Under the pieces are notes generated by a model that searched no databases, was not told where the DNA came from, and saw only the letters and a program-made list of their open reading frames with translations. DNA of 32,000 nt, taken from Cardiobacteriaceae bacterium TAE3-ERU3. Lineage in GTDB: Bacteria; Pseudomonadota; Gammaproteobacteria; Cardiobacteriales; Cardiobacteriaceae. Made by a program: the position numbers and the translations under genes. Location of the stretch: NCBI GenBank assembly GCA_019218315.1, contig JAHUUI010000001.1:137722-169721 (forward strand), given 5' to 3'. Positions 1-10,445 of this stretch are shown piece by piece. Each line of letters starts with the position of its first letter. Within the stretch, counting starts at the first letter, position 1.

Positions 1-140
1 ATCTGTCCCAACCATTCCGCGCATGGTAACAAACACGGTCGCAATCAGCATGGAAAAAATAATAAATATTTTACTTCTAAGAGCTATAATGTTTGTAATC
101 GTTAGTGAAAAGACTTGGAAACCATAAAGCATTAAATAAA

Positions 141-1397
141 TCAATATCTTTCTCCAGAAACCACCGAAAGAACATTGTCTTTAATAAAAATAAATGATAA
201 AGATATAATTACTGCAGCAAGCAGTGCAATATCATACCCCAAAGCTGCGCCTACTACTCCATAGTTAGGAATCAGTACCTTGTACAATCCAAGTGCTGTA
301 ATCAGCACAAAAATCCATTTTAATAAAATTAATTTCCCAAGCCCCATTTTTACAAAAAATATATTCAGCCCACAATCTAAATAATACAAACAGCACCCTG
401 GAAGCAAATAACTAAACACCTTAGAGCTCATTGCAAAACTTTCACCAAAGACTATTCTTACAATCATAGGCGAAAAATAAATCAATATTGGCAAACATAA
501 CAAAGAGAATCCAAAAATCGCTCCAGAAATGTAGAATACATTTCTTTTTATCAAACTAATATTTTTTTGTGAAAAAACCATCTTTGGTGCAAAGGTATTT
601 ACTAATAATGGTGCCACAGCGGCCACTGCCAAATTAAGTTGCATTGCAGACGCATAGATACCCAATGCAAAATCATCTGCCAACACTTCTAGCATAAGCA
701 TATCTGCACGTAGAAAAATTTGCATGATTAATAAAGCAAGAAAGAAAGGCAATCCTTTATAAAATAATTTTCTTATCAATTGAAATTTAAATCTAGGTCG
801 ACCTAGATATATATTTTTTTTATAATATATAGACAAACCAATTGCCAAAAATATGAACTCACTTACCCATGCAATAGCAAACCCAAGTATATTCCTATCG
901 AATATATAATAAATAATTAACACAAAGCCTATCTTCACTAACATTGCTGTTATAGATATCAAAACTTTTGGCTTACTAAAGGTACGTGACTGCAGCCAAG
1001 CAGTTGTGACTGCAAATGGTTCATTACATAAAATCATCATCCCTAATATAGAAACTATTGGCAGTAACAGTGGAGATTTCTCTGTATACCACGCAGTCAA
1101 CAATAAAAGAATATATGCACTTATTGCGGCAATAAGACGTAATAAAAAAGTATTACTTAATAAGTCATGCTGTTTTCTGCGAGATATATTACGTAACAAT
1201 CTGGGTATAATTATTTCACTTCCACATATATAACTAAGCGACATAAATATCAAACTAAGCGATAAAGCATATTGAAATAATCCATAACTTGACACACCTA
1301 ATGCTCGTGCAACTATGCCACTTACCAATAAGGTAACTAGCATTTTGGTTGCGTGCTCACAGAGCAGCCAAAATATATTTGAAAAAAAGACACGCAC
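141..1397 (-). CDS. wzx: Wzx-like polysaccharide/O-antigen flippase (MOP superfamily polysaccharide biosynthesis protein)
   Basis: 418-aa ORF, hydrophobic throughout with about 12 membrane spans. The N-terminal segment LVSGIVARALGVSSYGLFQYALSLS is typical of Polysacc_synt/Wzx proteins. AT-rich gene next to a Wzz-like gene. Start is GTG at 1397; an ATG alternative at 1343 is less consistent with family N-termini. Confidence 0.65.
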   Translation of the reverse strand: MRVFFSNIFWLLCEHATKMLVTLLVSGIVARALGVSSYGLFQYALSLSLIFMSLSYICGSEIIIPRLLRNISRRKQHDLLSNTFLLRLIAAISAYILLLLTAWYTEKSPLLLPIVSILGMMILCNEPFAVTTAWLQSRTFSKPKVLISITAMLVKIGFVLIIYYIFDRNILGFAIAWVSEFIFLAIGLSIYYKKNIYLGRPRFKFQLIRKLFYKGLPFFLALLIMQIFLRADMLMLEVLADDFALGIYASAMQLNLAVAAVAPLLVNTFAPKMVFSQKNISLIKRNVFYISGAIFGFSLLCLPILIYFSPMIVRIVFGESFAMSSKVFSYLLPGCCLYYLDCGLNIFFVKMGLGKLILLKWIFVLITALGLYKVLIPNYGVVGAALGYDIALLAAVIISLSFIFIKDNVLSVVSGERY

Positions 1398-1469
1398 GAG
1401 ATTTACTTTTTTTCCTTATTCGACAAAAGGCAGGATCTAATCATAATGTTATATTCACCAATATCACTT

Positions 1470-2663
1470 CTATTTTGGAGAGCATGGCACTGCTACTTTT
1501 CGCTGTACTATGGCATTGTTTAGCAGAACAAATACAACACCCAAAAACAAGCCCAAAATTGGCAACAATAATATTGTCACTTTTTTAGGCGAATCTGGTG
1601 TTAATGGAGCGCCGGGTGAGGCTAAGATACGATAGAACGGCACTTCTTTCTGAGCTTTTATTGCTGCAATCAGCTTTTCCAATTGTCCTTGCCTTACTTC
1701 AAGTAAATAAAATGAAGAGGGGTAGTTAATTTTCCCTTCAGTAAGCACATCAAGCTGAGCTTGTAAAAAACGTTCTCCAAGCAAGAACATCCACATCTGG
1801 CTGTCATTCTCTAAGTTAAAATCAACAATACTTGCAGAGGCAGTATTAAGCAAAGTATTTAGCCATATAACTCCTAAATCCAACGCATTATCTGCGTCAA
1901 CCAGATTTGATTTTTTAGCAATACGCAAAGCTTCTGAAAGTTGTTCCAATTGATTATCTTTCTGGGATTTTAAAAGCGCCTCAATCTCACCTTTATCTGT
2001 AGATATTTGCTTTGCATATTGCTGCGCCAATATCAATAGTTCATTCTTATCTTGCATAAATGCATATTCATTTACTTTTTCAAGATAGTGATTGAGCACC
2101 CGTTGTGCCGACTTTGGATCGCTATCCGTAAAACTAAGTTTTACTACTGCACTTTGGTTATCACTCTGTTCTTCTATTTGAATCCGCAACCCCCTCAATA
2201 ACTTAGCCAGTATTTTTTGCTTTTCTTCTTCACTTACTGGCTTATACTTGTCCAAAATTTGTTTATACCGTTCTGATTTCATAAAAAACTCACCACGAAA
2301 ATCTTCAGAACGCAAGACTAACTGGAATACACCAAAGACCTGTTCAGCAATACTCTCATTGCTAAATTCCAAATTTTGATTCATGGAGTTATGGCTTGAG
2401 CTTTGACCTCTTCCCTCATCATCCAATGTAGACAAACGAAAAAAATCTTTTTTTTCAGAAAGGTAGTCACTAATATCTATAACTGTTGGAACAGTTACTA
2501 CAGCATGTGATGACCACTTCTTAGGTGCAAAGACAACATAAAAAATAGCCAACAGGAAAAAAAGCACGCACCACAAAAGGATTGTTATCTTTTTTTTCCA
2601 TAAAATCATTAACATATCAAGCATGTCTATATCATACTTTTTGCTATCCGCAGCTACAGACAT
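1470..2663 (-). CDS. wzz: Wzz-like polysaccharide co-polymerase (chain length determinant, PCP-1 type)
   Basis: 397-aa ORF. N-terminus YDIDMLDMLMILWKKK is followed by a TM helix, then a long charged, helical periplasmic region. The C-terminal Pro-rich stretch SPGAPLTPDSPKK is followed by a second TM helix (ILLLPILGLFLGVVFVLL). This is the canonical Wzz topology and motif layout. Confidence 0.75.
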   Translation of the reverse strand: MSVAADSKKYDIDMLDMLMILWKKKITILLWCVLFFLLAIFYVVFAPKKWSSHAVVTVPTVIDISDYLSEKKDFFRLSTLDDEGRGQSSSHNSMNQNLEFSNESIAEQVFGVFQLVLRSEDFRGEFFMKSERYKQILDKYKPVSEEEKQKILAKLLRGLRIQIEEQSDNQSAVVKLSFTDSDPKSAQRVLNHYLEKVNEYAFMQDKNELLILAQQYAKQISTDKGEIEALLKSQKDNQLEQLSEALRIAKKSNLVDADNALDLGVIWLNTLLNTASASIVDFNLENDSQMWMFLLGERFLQAQLDVLTEGKINYPSSFYLLEVRQGQLEKLIAAIKAQKEVPFYRILASPGAPLTPDSPKKVTILLLPILGLFLGVVFVLLNNAIVQRKVAVPCSPK

Positions 2664-2750
2664 TTCTATTCTCCCCAGCCAATGTAAAAATGCATTTTAA
2701 TAGACTATAGCCATAAGCGTGAGGCTTTTCATGATCCCAGCACACAATCC

Positions 2751-2780
2751 TTGCCAAACAAAATTTTTTGTGCTTAAATA
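2751..2780 (+). promoter_or_regulatory. Candidate sigma70 promoter for tRNA-Leu(TAG)
   Basis: TTGCCA (2751-2756), 17-nt spacer, TTAAAT (2774-2779), then a GC-rich discriminator (cgcggc) as in stringently controlled tRNA promoters. It lies about 15 nt upstream of the tRNA 5' end. Confidence 0.4.
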
Positions 2781-2793
2781 CGCGGCTTATTTT

Positions 2794-2878
<85 letters not shown>

Positions 2879-2885
2879 GTTTACC

Positions 2886-2908
2886 GCGCCGCAAGGCGCT
2901 TTTTTTTT
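2886..2908 (+). terminator. Rho-independent terminator after tRNA-Leu
   Basis: GCGCC-gcaa-GGCGC hairpin followed by a run of 9 T. Confidence 0.8.
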
Positions 2909-2947
2909 ATAATTCAGGCAAATGGCCTACAACACACTGAGGAAATT

Positions 2948-4267
2948 ATGCAGTCATCGGTAGAACAGTTGGAAGGTCTCGCGCACAAGCTGACAGTAGA
3001 AGTACCAGCTGAGCGCGTGGACGAAGCAGTTGAGAAACGTTTAAAGGAAATTCGCCCGCGTATCCGTTTGGACGGTTTTCGCCCAGGTAAAGTACCACCA
3101 CAGGTCATTCGCCAAAAATATGGTGCCGGCATTCGCCAAGAAGTACTTTCAGACGTAATTGAATCTTCTTACCGTGAAGCGATGCAGAACAGTGAGTACG
3201 CTCCTGTTGCTCCTCCAAAGATTAATGTTATCTCTGGCTTTGCTGCTAACGAGCCGGTGAAATTTGAGGCAACGTTTGAAGTGATGCCAGAAGTCGAGGT
3301 TAATGGTCTTGATGGTATCGAGATTACTTTGCCAGAAAGTGAGCTGAAAGATTCAGACGTTGAAGAAATGCTCGAAACACTGCGTCGTCAGCAAGCCACT
3401 TTCAATGAGAAAGATGGCGCTGCTGAAGAAAGTGACCGTGTAACTGTCGATTTCGTTGGTAAGATTGATGGTGAAGCTTTTGATGGTGGCAGTGGTGAGG
3501 ATATGAAAGTCACCATCGGCGGCGGTCAAATGCTTCCTGACTTCGAAAAAGGCCTTGAAGGTGCTAAAGCTGGAGAGGAAAAGACTTTCGATGTCACTTT
3601 CCCAGAAGATTATCAAGCTGAAGACCTTGCTGGTAAAACTGCACAATTTACCGCTCAAGTCAAAAAAGTCGAGTCCATGTCTTTGCCTGAGCTTAACGAC
3701 GAGTTCATCAAGAATTTTGGCGTTGATGCTGGTAATGAAGAAGAGTTCAAAAAAGCCATTCGCGAGAATATGGCTCGCGAACTTGAGAATGCTTTACGTC
3801 GCATCAAGCGCGAGCGTATGTTTGATGCCATTCTGGACAAAAATGCAGAGCAAGTTGTTGCTGAAGGCCAAGTTGAGCAAGAAATTGATCGCATGGCGAA
3901 AGGCATGAATCTTGAGCAGCAAATTCCTGATCCAGAAACGCGCAACAAGCTTGCCAAGCAAGTTTTTGATGAGCAAGCGCGTCGTCGTGTTCGCTTAGGC
4001 TTATTGTTAGGTAAATTATTTGAAAGCCAAGAACTTGAGCTGGATCAAAAACGTGTCGATGAGCGTTTGGATGCTATTGCCTCTACTTATGAAGATCCAC
4101 AAGAAGTCCGTGACTACTATCAGCAAAATCAGCAGGCAAAAACAAGCCTTGAATCAGCAATCCTCGAAGAGCAGCTGGTTGACAAGCTTTACGAACAGGC
4201 TAAGGTTGATCATGAAACCAAGACTTTCCAAGAAGTCATGGCGCTTAATGCTCAGCTACAACACTGA
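2948..4267 (+). CDS. tig: Trigger factor (ribosome-associated chaperone / PPIase)
   Basis: 439-aa product starting MQSSVEQLEGLAHKLTVEVPAERVDEAVEKRLKEIR, including GFRPGKVP and the central FKBP-like region. GAGGA Shine-Dalgarno sits 4 nt upstream of the ATG at 2948. The longer track ORF (from 2849) would overlap the tRNA and its terminator. Conserved position upstream of clpPX-lon. Confidence 0.95.
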   Translation: MQSSVEQLEGLAHKLTVEVPAERVDEAVEKRLKEIRPRIRLDGFRPGKVPPQVIRQKYGAGIRQEVLSDVIESSYREAMQNSEYAPVAPPKINVISGFAANEPVKFEATFEVMPEVEVNGLDGIEITLPESELKDSDVEEMLETLRRQQATFNEKDGAAEESDRVTVDFVGKIDGEAFDGGSGEDMKVTIGGGQMLPDFEKGLEGAKAGEEKTFDVTFPEDYQAEDLAGKTAQFTAQVKKVESMSLPELNDEFIKNFGVDAGNEEEFKKAIRENMARELENALRRIKRERMFDAILDKNAEQVVAEGQVEQEIDRMAKGMNLEQQIPDPETRNKLAKQVFDEQARRRVRLGLLLGKLFESQELELDQKRVDERLDAIASTYEDPQEVRDYYQQNQQAKTSLESAILEEQLVDKLYEQAKVDHETKTFQEVMALNAQLQH

Positions 4268-4288
4268 TACACGTTAAAGCAGATCATG

Positions 4289-4312
4289 AGGGCGGCTTGA
4301 CCGCCCTCTTTT
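4289..4312 (+). terminator. Rho-independent terminator after tig
   Basis: GAGGGCGG-cttga-CCGCCCTC hairpin followed by TTTT. Confidence 0.8.
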
Positions 4313-4415
4313 GCGTTTTAAGATTAAGTGCAAAACTGATATGCATACTAAAGAGTTCTTCCTCCTACTTGCGACCTAAGCTCAAGCCTCGTACGATTTT
4401 GATCAGCAGCTAATG

Positions 4416-4443
4416 CTTGAAAAAACTGATCTAACCCCAATAT
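4416..4443 (+). promoter_or_regulatory. Candidate sigma32 (heat-shock) promoter of clpP-clpX-lon
   Basis: CTTGAA, 13-nt spacer, CCCCAATAT, which closely matches the sigma32 consensus CTTGAA-N13-17-CCCCATnT. It ends 27 nt upstream of the clpP ATG at 4470. clpP is a known sigma32 regulon member in E. coli. Confidence 0.6.
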
Positions 4444-4469
4444 ATCTTTCATCTTTGCAGGAGTATTTC

Positions 4470-5084
4470 ATGGAAATTTATAACAACATCCCTATTCCGA
4501 TGGTTGTCGAGCAGACTGGACGCGGTGAGCGAGCTTTCGATATTTACTCACGTCTACTCAAAGAGCGCGTAGTCTTTTTGGTTGGCCCCGTCAATGACGC
4601 AACCGCCAATTTAGTGGTCGCACAGATGCTATTCTTAGAGGCTGAAAATCCTGAGCAGGATATTCATTTCTATATTAACTCTCCGGGTGGGTCCGTTACG
4701 GCCGGCATGTCCATCTACGATACGATGCAATTCATTAAGCCAGATGTTAGCACTATGGTTTTAGGGCAAGCAGCCAGCATGGGGGCTTTCTTGCTAACAG
4801 CAGGTACTGAAGGAAAACGCCATGCACTTCCCAACTCACGCGTAATGATTCACCAGCCTTTAGGTGGATTCCAAGGTCAAGCAACCGATATCGATATCCA
4901 TGCTCGCGAAATTCTTTTCATTAAAGAACGCCTAAACCGCTTGTTAGCCAAGCATAGTGGTCAGGATTACGAAACAATCTGTCACGATACAGAGCGTGAT
5001 AACTTTATGAGTGCCGAGCGTGCGAAAGAATATGGCTTGATTGACAACATCATTGATAAACGCGAAGACCTCACCAAGGCGTAA
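4470..5084 (+). CDS. clpP: ATP-dependent Clp protease proteolytic subunit ClpP
   Basis: 204 aa. Motifs include [26 protein letters not shown], catalytic Ser context [11 protein letters not shown], and [15 protein letters not shown] Shine-Dalgarno precedes the ATG at 4470. The upstream in-frame start at 4413 would include the putative promoter. Confidence 0.95.
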   Translation: MEIYNNIPIPMVVEQTGRGERAFDIYSRLLKERVVFLVGPVNDATANLVVAQMLFLEAENPEQDIHFYINSPGGSVTAGMSIYDTMQFIKPDVSTMVLGQAASMGAFLLTAGTEGKRHALPNSRVMIHQPLGGFQGQATDIDIHAREILFIKERLNRLLAKHSGQDYETICHDTERDNFMSAERAKEYGLIDNIIDKREDLTKA

Positions 5085-5176
5085 AGTTTTGCTGACTTTG
5101 TCTTGTATTATTTTGGCTTGATTTTTTCAAGCCATGGTGCCATTTATAGCAACATTATTGATTTCTGGAGATACGC

Positions 5177-6451
5177 ATGAATTCACGCGAGCACACTTGT
5201 TCTTTTTGTAACAAATCCGAAGATGAGGTTAATCGCCTGATCACCGGCGCGGATGGTGTGACCATTTGTGATGAGTGCATCACCGTATGTATGAACCTCA
5301 TCAACGATGAGCAAGAAGCGGATGATCAAGTTAAGAAGGCTGACCAAAGTAGCGTGTTAGATGACAAGCCTTTGCCAACCCCAAAAAAGATCAAACAATT
5401 TCTTGATGAATATGTCATTGGACAAGACAACGCTAAAAAAGCCTTGTCTGTTGCGGTTTACAACCATTACAAGCGCTTACGCATGAATGCGGAAGAAAGC
5501 GATGATGGCGTGGAAATCAATAAAAGTAATATTCTCATGATTGGCTCAACCGGCTCAGGTAAAACATTGCTGGCACAAACTTTGGCAAAATGCCTTGATG
5601 TGCCCTTTGCAATTGCAGATGCAACAGCTCTAACTGAGGCTGGCTATGTTGGTGAGGATGTCGAGACAATCGTACAAAAGCTACTGGTTAATTGTGATCA
5701 CGATGTGGCTAAGGCTGAGCACGGCATTATTTACATTGATGAAATTGATAAGATTGCACGCAAAAGCGATAATCCTTCAATCACTCGAGACGTCTCGGGC
5801 GAAGGTGTCCAGCAAGCATTATTAAAGCTCGTTGAGGGTACTGTGGCCAGCGTTCCTCCTCAAGGCGGACGCAAACACCCACAACAAGAAATGACGCAGG
5901 TAAATACAGCAAATATTCTGTTTATTTGCGGCGGTGCTTTTGCCGGTTTGGAAAAAATTATTGCCCAACGCACGGACAAAGGCGGTATTGGTTTTGGTGC
6001 AACTGTACGCGCCAAGGCTGATAGTGGCATGGCACTTGGCGATGTTTTCAGTGAGCTGGAGCCGGAAGATTTGGTTAAATTTGGCTTAATTCCTGAGTTC
6101 GTCGGTCGTCTGCCGGTTACTGCACTTTTAGAAACACTTGATGAAGATGCGCTGATCCGTATCCTTACCGAACCTAAAAATGCGATTGTTCGCCAATTTT
6201 CCAAAATGTTTGGCTATGAAAATGTTGAATTAGTATTTGAGCCCGAAGCCCTTAAGGCTGTAGCAGCTAAAGCCATCAAGCGCAAAACTGGTGCTCGTGG
6301 CCTGCGCTCCATTGTCGAGCAAACCTTGTTGGATACAATGTTCGATCTGCCAGACCTGGAAGGCATCGAAAAAATTGTTGTCAGTAAAGAAACTATTGAA
6401 GAGGGTGGCACACCTAAATTAATCAAAAACGCCGCCCAAGAGGAAGCATGA
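5177..6451 (+). CDS. clpX: ATP-dependent Clp protease ATP-binding subunit ClpX
   Basis: 424 aa. N-terminal C4 zinc finger ([11 protein letters not shown]...ICDECI), Walker [16 protein letters not shown], Walker [11 protein letters not shown], and GARGLRSI near the C-terminus. Confidence 0.97.
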   Translation: MNSREHTCSFCNKSEDEVNRLITGADGVTICDECITVCMNLINDEQEADDQVKKADQSSVLDDKPLPTPKKIKQFLDEYVIGQDNAKKALSVAVYNHYKRLRMNAEESDDGVEINKSNILMIGSTGSGKTLLAQTLAKCLDVPFAIADATALTEAGYVGEDVETIVQKLLVNCDHDVAKAEHGIIYIDEIDKIARKSDNPSITRDVSGEGVQQALLKLVEGTVASVPPQGGRKHPQQEMTQVNTANILFICGGAFAGLEKIIAQRTDKGGIGFGATVRAKADSGMALGDVFSELEPEDLVKFGLIPEFVGRLPVTALLETLDEDALIRILTEPKNAIVRQFSKMFGYENVELVFEPEALKAVAAKAIKRKTGARGLRSIVEQTLLDTMFDLPDLEGIEKIVVSKETIEEGGTPKLIKNAAQEEA

Positions 6452-8844
6452 ATACAACCAGTTACCCTGTATTACCCTTACGTGATGTAGTCATCTACCC
6501 GCAAGTCATCATTCCCCTGTTTGTCGGGCGTGAAAAGTCCATACTTGCGTTGGATGAAGCAATGTCTGGAGAGCAGGAATTACTACTGATCCCACAGATT
6601 GATCCTAAGAAGCGCGAGCCAAGCTGTGATGACATGCACGATATTGGCACCGTTGGCCGAATCGTACAAATGGCCAAGCTGAGTGACGGCACGGTTAAGG
6701 TCCTGATTGAAGGCATCCAGCGGGTTAAAATTCGTCGTTATACAGCAGCAGAACCATTCATGCGTGCTGAGGTTATTGAAGTTGAAGACAGCAATAATAC
6801 TGATCACAACGAATTACTCGCCATGATGAGTACAGCGATTGATCAGTTCAAGGCTTACCTGAAAGTAAACGATAAAAATGCTGATGAGCTGATCGAAACC
6901 CTACGAGACTTGGCTGATGCCGGGCGCGTCGCAGATACTATCGTCGCACATATGGATATCGACGTCTCTGACCGCGTAGATATTCTTGCACAACCAGATA
7001 TTGGCGAAAGACTGCATAAAGTCTTGGTATTACTTGAGCAAGAGCACGAAAAATCTGAGCTAGATGCAACCATTCGCAAGCGTGTTAAGCAGCAAATGGA
7101 GCGCAACCAGCGCGAGTACTACCTCAATGAACAAATAAAAGCCATCCAAAAAGAACTTGGCGATATGGATGAGGCACAAAACGATATAGAGCTCCTAGAA
7201 AGCCAGATATTTGATGCCAACATGCCTGAAGAAGCCGAGAAAAAGGCACTTAATGAATTGAGCAAGCTCAAGCAGATGTCGCCAATGTCCTCAGAGGCTT
7301 CTGTGATACGGAACTACCTCGAATGGATCATCGACTACCCATGGTCAAAGAAAAAGCGTGCGCAATACAACATTGAGCGAGCTGAAAAGATTCTTGATCG
7401 TGATCACTACGGATTAGAAGACGTCAAAGAACGCATTATTGAATACCTTGCGGTGCAAAAGCGCAGCAAGGGTAACAATAAAGGCCCAATTATTTGCTTG
7501 GTTGGTCCTCCCGGTGTCGGCAAGACATCTTTAGGCAAATCTATTGCTGAAGCGACAGGACGTGCTTTTGACCGTATTTCACTCGGCGGCGTCCACGATG
7601 AAGCTGAAATTCGTGGTCACCGCCGTACATATATCGGCGCCTTACCCGGTAAAATCGTACAAAAACTGTGTAAGCTAGGCAGTAATAACCCGGTTATTTT
7701 GCTTGATGAAATCGACAAAATGGGCATGGATCACCGCGGTGACCCTGCTTCAGCATTACTGGAAGTACTTGACCCTGCGCAAAACAATACATTCAATGAT
7801 CACTATCTGGAAATGGATATTGACCTCAGCAAAGTTTTGTTTATCGCAACAGCCAATACGCTCAATATTCCTGGGCCATTGCTTGATCGAATGGAAGTTA
7901 TCCGCCTGCCTGGCTATACAACCAGTGAAAAGGCCGAAATTGCCGAACGCTATATTCTTCCACGCCAGATAAAAGAAAATGCGCTCAAAAAAGATGAATT
8001 CAGCGTTGAAGATGGCGTTATTTACAACGTCATTGAAGATTATACGCGTGAAGCCGGTGTGCGTAACTTGGAGCGTGAGCTCGGAAAGTTAGCACGCAAA
8101 AGTGTCCGTAAATTGCTTGATAAAGACACAGACAGCATCGTCGTCACTACAGATAATTTGGATGACTTTTTAGGCGTTCCTAAATATCAGCGTAGCCCTG
8201 AAGATCTGCAAAACAAAATTGGCTGTGTCACTGGTTTGGCGTGGACGTCAGTTGGAGGCGAGTTACTACAGATCGAAACTGCCGTTTTCACAGGCAAAGG
8301 TAAGCTTAACCTCACCGGGCAAATGGGCGATGTCATGAAAGAGTCTGTGCATGCCGCACTGTCTGTCGTACGATCAACAATTGATAAAGCAGACAGCAGC
8401 TTCCGCTTCAATGACTACGATATTCATATGCATATGCCAGAGGGTGCAACACCCAAAGATGGCCCCAGCGCCGGTATTGCTATGGCAACAGCATTGATGT
8501 CTTCACTGACTAAAATACCCGTACGTGGCGATATCGCCATGACAGGCGAAATAACCTTACACGGTCGTGTATTGGCGATTGGTGGCCTGAAAGAAAAGCT
8601 GCTCGCTGCTGTCCGCGGTAAAATCAGCACTGTACTTATTCCTGAGGAAAACGTTAAAGACTTGCGAGATATTCCTCAGGAGGTCAAAGATGCGCTGGAA
8701 ATCATACCAGTTAAACATGTTGATCAAGTATTTGAACATGCATTAGAGTCTCATAAGCTTCCACTTCATGAGCGTATTGCAAGCCTACACTACTCAGCCG
8801 TTCATGCTGGAAAAGTTACTCAAAGTACTGATCGACCCTGCTAA
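6448..8844 (+). CDS. lon: Lon protease (LonA, ATP-dependent serine endopeptidase)
   Basis: 798 aa. LON N-domain ([22 protein letters not shown]), Walker [16 protein letters not shown], Walker [10 protein letters not shown], catalytic Ser in [15 protein letters not shown] and Lys in GGLKEK. The start ATG overlaps the clpX stop (ATGA). Confidence 0.97.
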   Translation: MNTTSYPVLPLRDVVIYPQVIIPLFVGREKSILALDEAMSGEQELLLIPQIDPKKREPSCDDMHDIGTVGRIVQMAKLSDGTVKVLIEGIQRVKIRRYTAAEPFMRAEVIEVEDSNNTDHNELLAMMSTAIDQFKAYLKVNDKNADELIETLRDLADAGRVADTIVAHMDIDVSDRVDILAQPDIGERLHKVLVLLEQEHEKSELDATIRKRVKQQMERNQREYYLNEQIKAIQKELGDMDEAQNDIELLESQIFDANMPEEAEKKALNELSKLKQMSPMSSEASVIRNYLEWIIDYPWSKKKRAQYNIERAEKILDRDHYGLEDVKERIIEYLAVQKRSKGNNKGPIICLVGPPGVGKTSLGKSIAEATGRAFDRISLGGVHDEAEIRGHRRTYIGALPGKIVQKLCKLGSNNPVILLDEIDKMGMDHRGDPASALLEVLDPAQNNTFNDHYLEMDIDLSKVLFIATANTLNIPGPLLDRMEVIRLPGYTTSEKAEIAERYILPRQIKENALKKDEFSVEDGVIYNVIEDYTREAGVRNLERELGKLARKSVRKLLDKDTDSIVVTTDNLDDFLGVPKYQRSPEDLQNKIGCVTGLAWTSVGGELLQIETAVFTGKGKLNLTGQMGDVMKESVHAALSVVRSTIDKADSSFRFNDYDIHMHMPEGATPKDGPSAGIAMATALMSSLTKIPVRGDIAMTGEITLHGRVLAIGGLKEKLLAAVRGKISTVLIPEENVKDLRDIPQEVKDALEIIPVKHVDQVFEHALESHKLPLHERIASLHYSAVHAGKVTQSTDRPC

Positions 8845-8972
8845 AAAGGCATAATAATTTTATTGTAACTTTTATTATTTAATTCAAAATGATAAGCAAA
8901 TGTGTTTTCTGTACTGCTTTTAAGGGGTTCTTGTTGCAAAATATTTGTTAACCCTTGAAACTAAAAAAATGT

Positions 8973-9001
8973 TTGACAGCGGTTTTTTTCACCTGTATAA
9001 A
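8973..9001 (+). promoter_or_regulatory. Candidate strong sigma70 promoter for hupB
   Basis: Perfect -35 TTGACA (8973-8978), 17-nt spacer, TATAAA (8996-9001), about 65 nt upstream of the hupB ATG. Confidence 0.6.
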
Positions 9002-9065
9002 TTTTAACTGTCGGTGCGCTGATGCGCCGCTTTCCAAACACACAACCTAGAAGGTAGACAGGAAT

Positions 9066-9338
9066 ATGAACAAGACGGAATTGGTCGAAGCCATCGCGGC
9101 AGCAGCAGGTATTACCAAAGCAGAAGCCAACAAAGCGCTTGATGCTTTTATTGATAATGTCACTGAAACCCTTAAAAAAGGCGACAAAGTCACTCTTATT
9201 GGTTTCGGTACCTTTGAAACTCGTGAGCGCTCAGCACGTACTGGTCGTAACCCACAGACTGGTGCTGAGATCCAAATCGCGGCCAGCACTACCCCAGCTT
9301 TCAAGGCTGGTAAGAAACTCAAAGATGCTCTCAACTAA
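9066..9338 (+). CDS. hupB: DNA-binding protein HU (beta-type by position after lon)
   Basis: 90 aa: [11 protein letters not shown]...[45 protein letters not shown]. This is the canonical HU/IHF fold signature, in the conserved position downstream of lon. Confidence 0.95.
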   Translation: MNKTELVEAIAAAAGITKAEANKALDAFIDNVTETLKKGDKVTLIGFGTFETRERSARTGRNPQTGAEIQIAASTTPAFKAGKKLKDALN

Positions 9339-9356
9339 GCAACAGACAGTTTCTTT

Positions 9357-9384
9357 AAAAGCGGCTCCTGTAGCCGCTTTTTTT
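9357..9384 (+). terminator. Rho-independent terminator after hupB
   Basis: AAAA-GCGGCT-cctgt-AGCCGC followed by TTTTTTT. Confidence 0.85.
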
Positions 9385-9514
9385 ATCTCTGAATCACCAT
9401 GGCCAAACCATCAGCCTTATAGCCTAACAAATTGAATTTAATACATTTACAATTAAATAAATCTTGTTTATATAAATAAACATCACTTCAACACAAGAAA
9501 AACGATTTTTTTAT

Positions 9515-9542
9515 TTGCGAAAAATAAAGTTATCCGTATAAT
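9515..9542 (+). promoter_or_regulatory. Candidate sigma70 promoter for tRNA-Leu(CAA)
   Basis: TTGCGA (9515-9520), 16-nt spacer, TATAAT (9537-9542), followed by a GC-rich discriminator agcgcctc. It lies 17 nt upstream of the tRNA 5' end. Confidence 0.55.
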
Positions 9543-9558
9543 AGCGCCTCTCACACAA

Positions 9559-9645
9559 GCCGAAGTGGCGGAACTGGTAGACGCAGCGGATTCAAAATCC
9601 GCCGGTGGTAACACCTTGAGAGTTCGAGTCTCTCCTTCGGCACCA
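9559..9645 (+). tRNA. tRNA-Leu (anticodon CAA)
   Basis: 87 nt: acceptor GCCGAAG/CTTCGGC, anticodon stem GCGGA/TCCGC with loop TTCAAAA (anticodon CAA), long variable arm, T-arm GAGAGTTCGAGTCTCTC, encoded CCA. Confidence 0.93.
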
Positions 9646-9735
9646 TACAATTTCTTGCATTCTCTTCCTTAGCATGTTTCTCCTAAACGACTACTAATTG
9701 GTCTACAATGATTATTTGTATTTTAGGAATCGATC

Positions 9736-10356
9736 ATGCGCCATCCATTGCTTTCCAAACAAGCAGCTCTGTCTATTTTTTCTGCTCTTCTGATTACCGC
9801 ATGCGGTGGTTCTGGTGCAGATATGCTAAAAAAAGACTATGACCCCACCACTGATGCACGTATCCGTGTATATGGACAAAACGGCAACCCAACCATTCTA
9901 AATGTTGGTATTGATTGCGCTACAAACCCTAAAGGCATCAAAATTAATGTTGGTGGTGGTTTTGGTGAAGCATTGGGTTCAATGGTCGGCAGTACCAGCA
10001 ATGAAAGTATCGGTATTCCACAGACAGAAGTTTCAACCAAACTCAGTGCTAAAGATGGCATCCTTTCCAAGGCATTTTATCGAGAACTAATCATCCCCGC
10101 CAATAAGCCAGTAAATGTCCGCCCTGGCTTACAAAAAGTTGGCACGGAAGTCCATATCGGTAATATCCCTGTATTCGACAATACCTGCAAAACAACAACG
10201 ATCTCTTTTACGCCTAAACCAGGTAAAGACTATGAAGCTGTTGGACTCCGTCAGGGTGGCGGCTGTAATTTCTTCGTCAGTGAGATCACTACGGAAGCGG
10301 GGCAGCTCAGCGAAATTCGCACACTTGAAACTCAAGCACCTTATAAATGTGACTGA
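9736..10356 (+). CDS. Hypothetical lipoprotein
   Basis: 206-aa ORF with a signal peptide and lipobox (ALLITAC, Cys followed by GGSG). The mature part is Gly/Thr/Asn-rich with four more Cys residues, the last at the penultimate position. AGGA Shine-Dalgarno. I recognise no family. Confidence 0.6.
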   Translation: MRHPLLSKQAALSIFSALLITACGGSGADMLKKDYDPTTDARIRVYGQNGNPTILNVGIDCATNPKGIKINVGGGFGEALGSMVGSTSNESIGIPQTEVSTKLSAKDGILSKAFYRELIIPANKPVNVRPGLQKVGTEVHIGNIPVFDNTCKTTTISFTPKPGKDYEAVGLRQGGGCNFFVSEITTEAGQLSEIRTLETQAPYKCD

Positions 10357-10445
10357 TTCCTGATTTGATCGGCGCGGGTGAATTGATTTATCTAGCGCCT
10401 ATCTCTGCTAGAATAGCTGTCATATTATTTATGGAGTAATCATTC

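Noticed and set aside
1-51. Possible minus-strand ORF start (ATG at 51, MLIATVFVTMRGMVGT...) running off the left edge
   Set aside because: Only 17 codons are visible, with no SD and no recognisable motif. It may be the next membrane protein of the polysaccharide cluster, but that cannot be supported.
4413-4469. Longer ClpP start at 4413
   Set aside because: The extra 19 residues have no ClpP counterpart. The region contains the sigma32-like promoter, and a good SD precedes the ATG at 4470.
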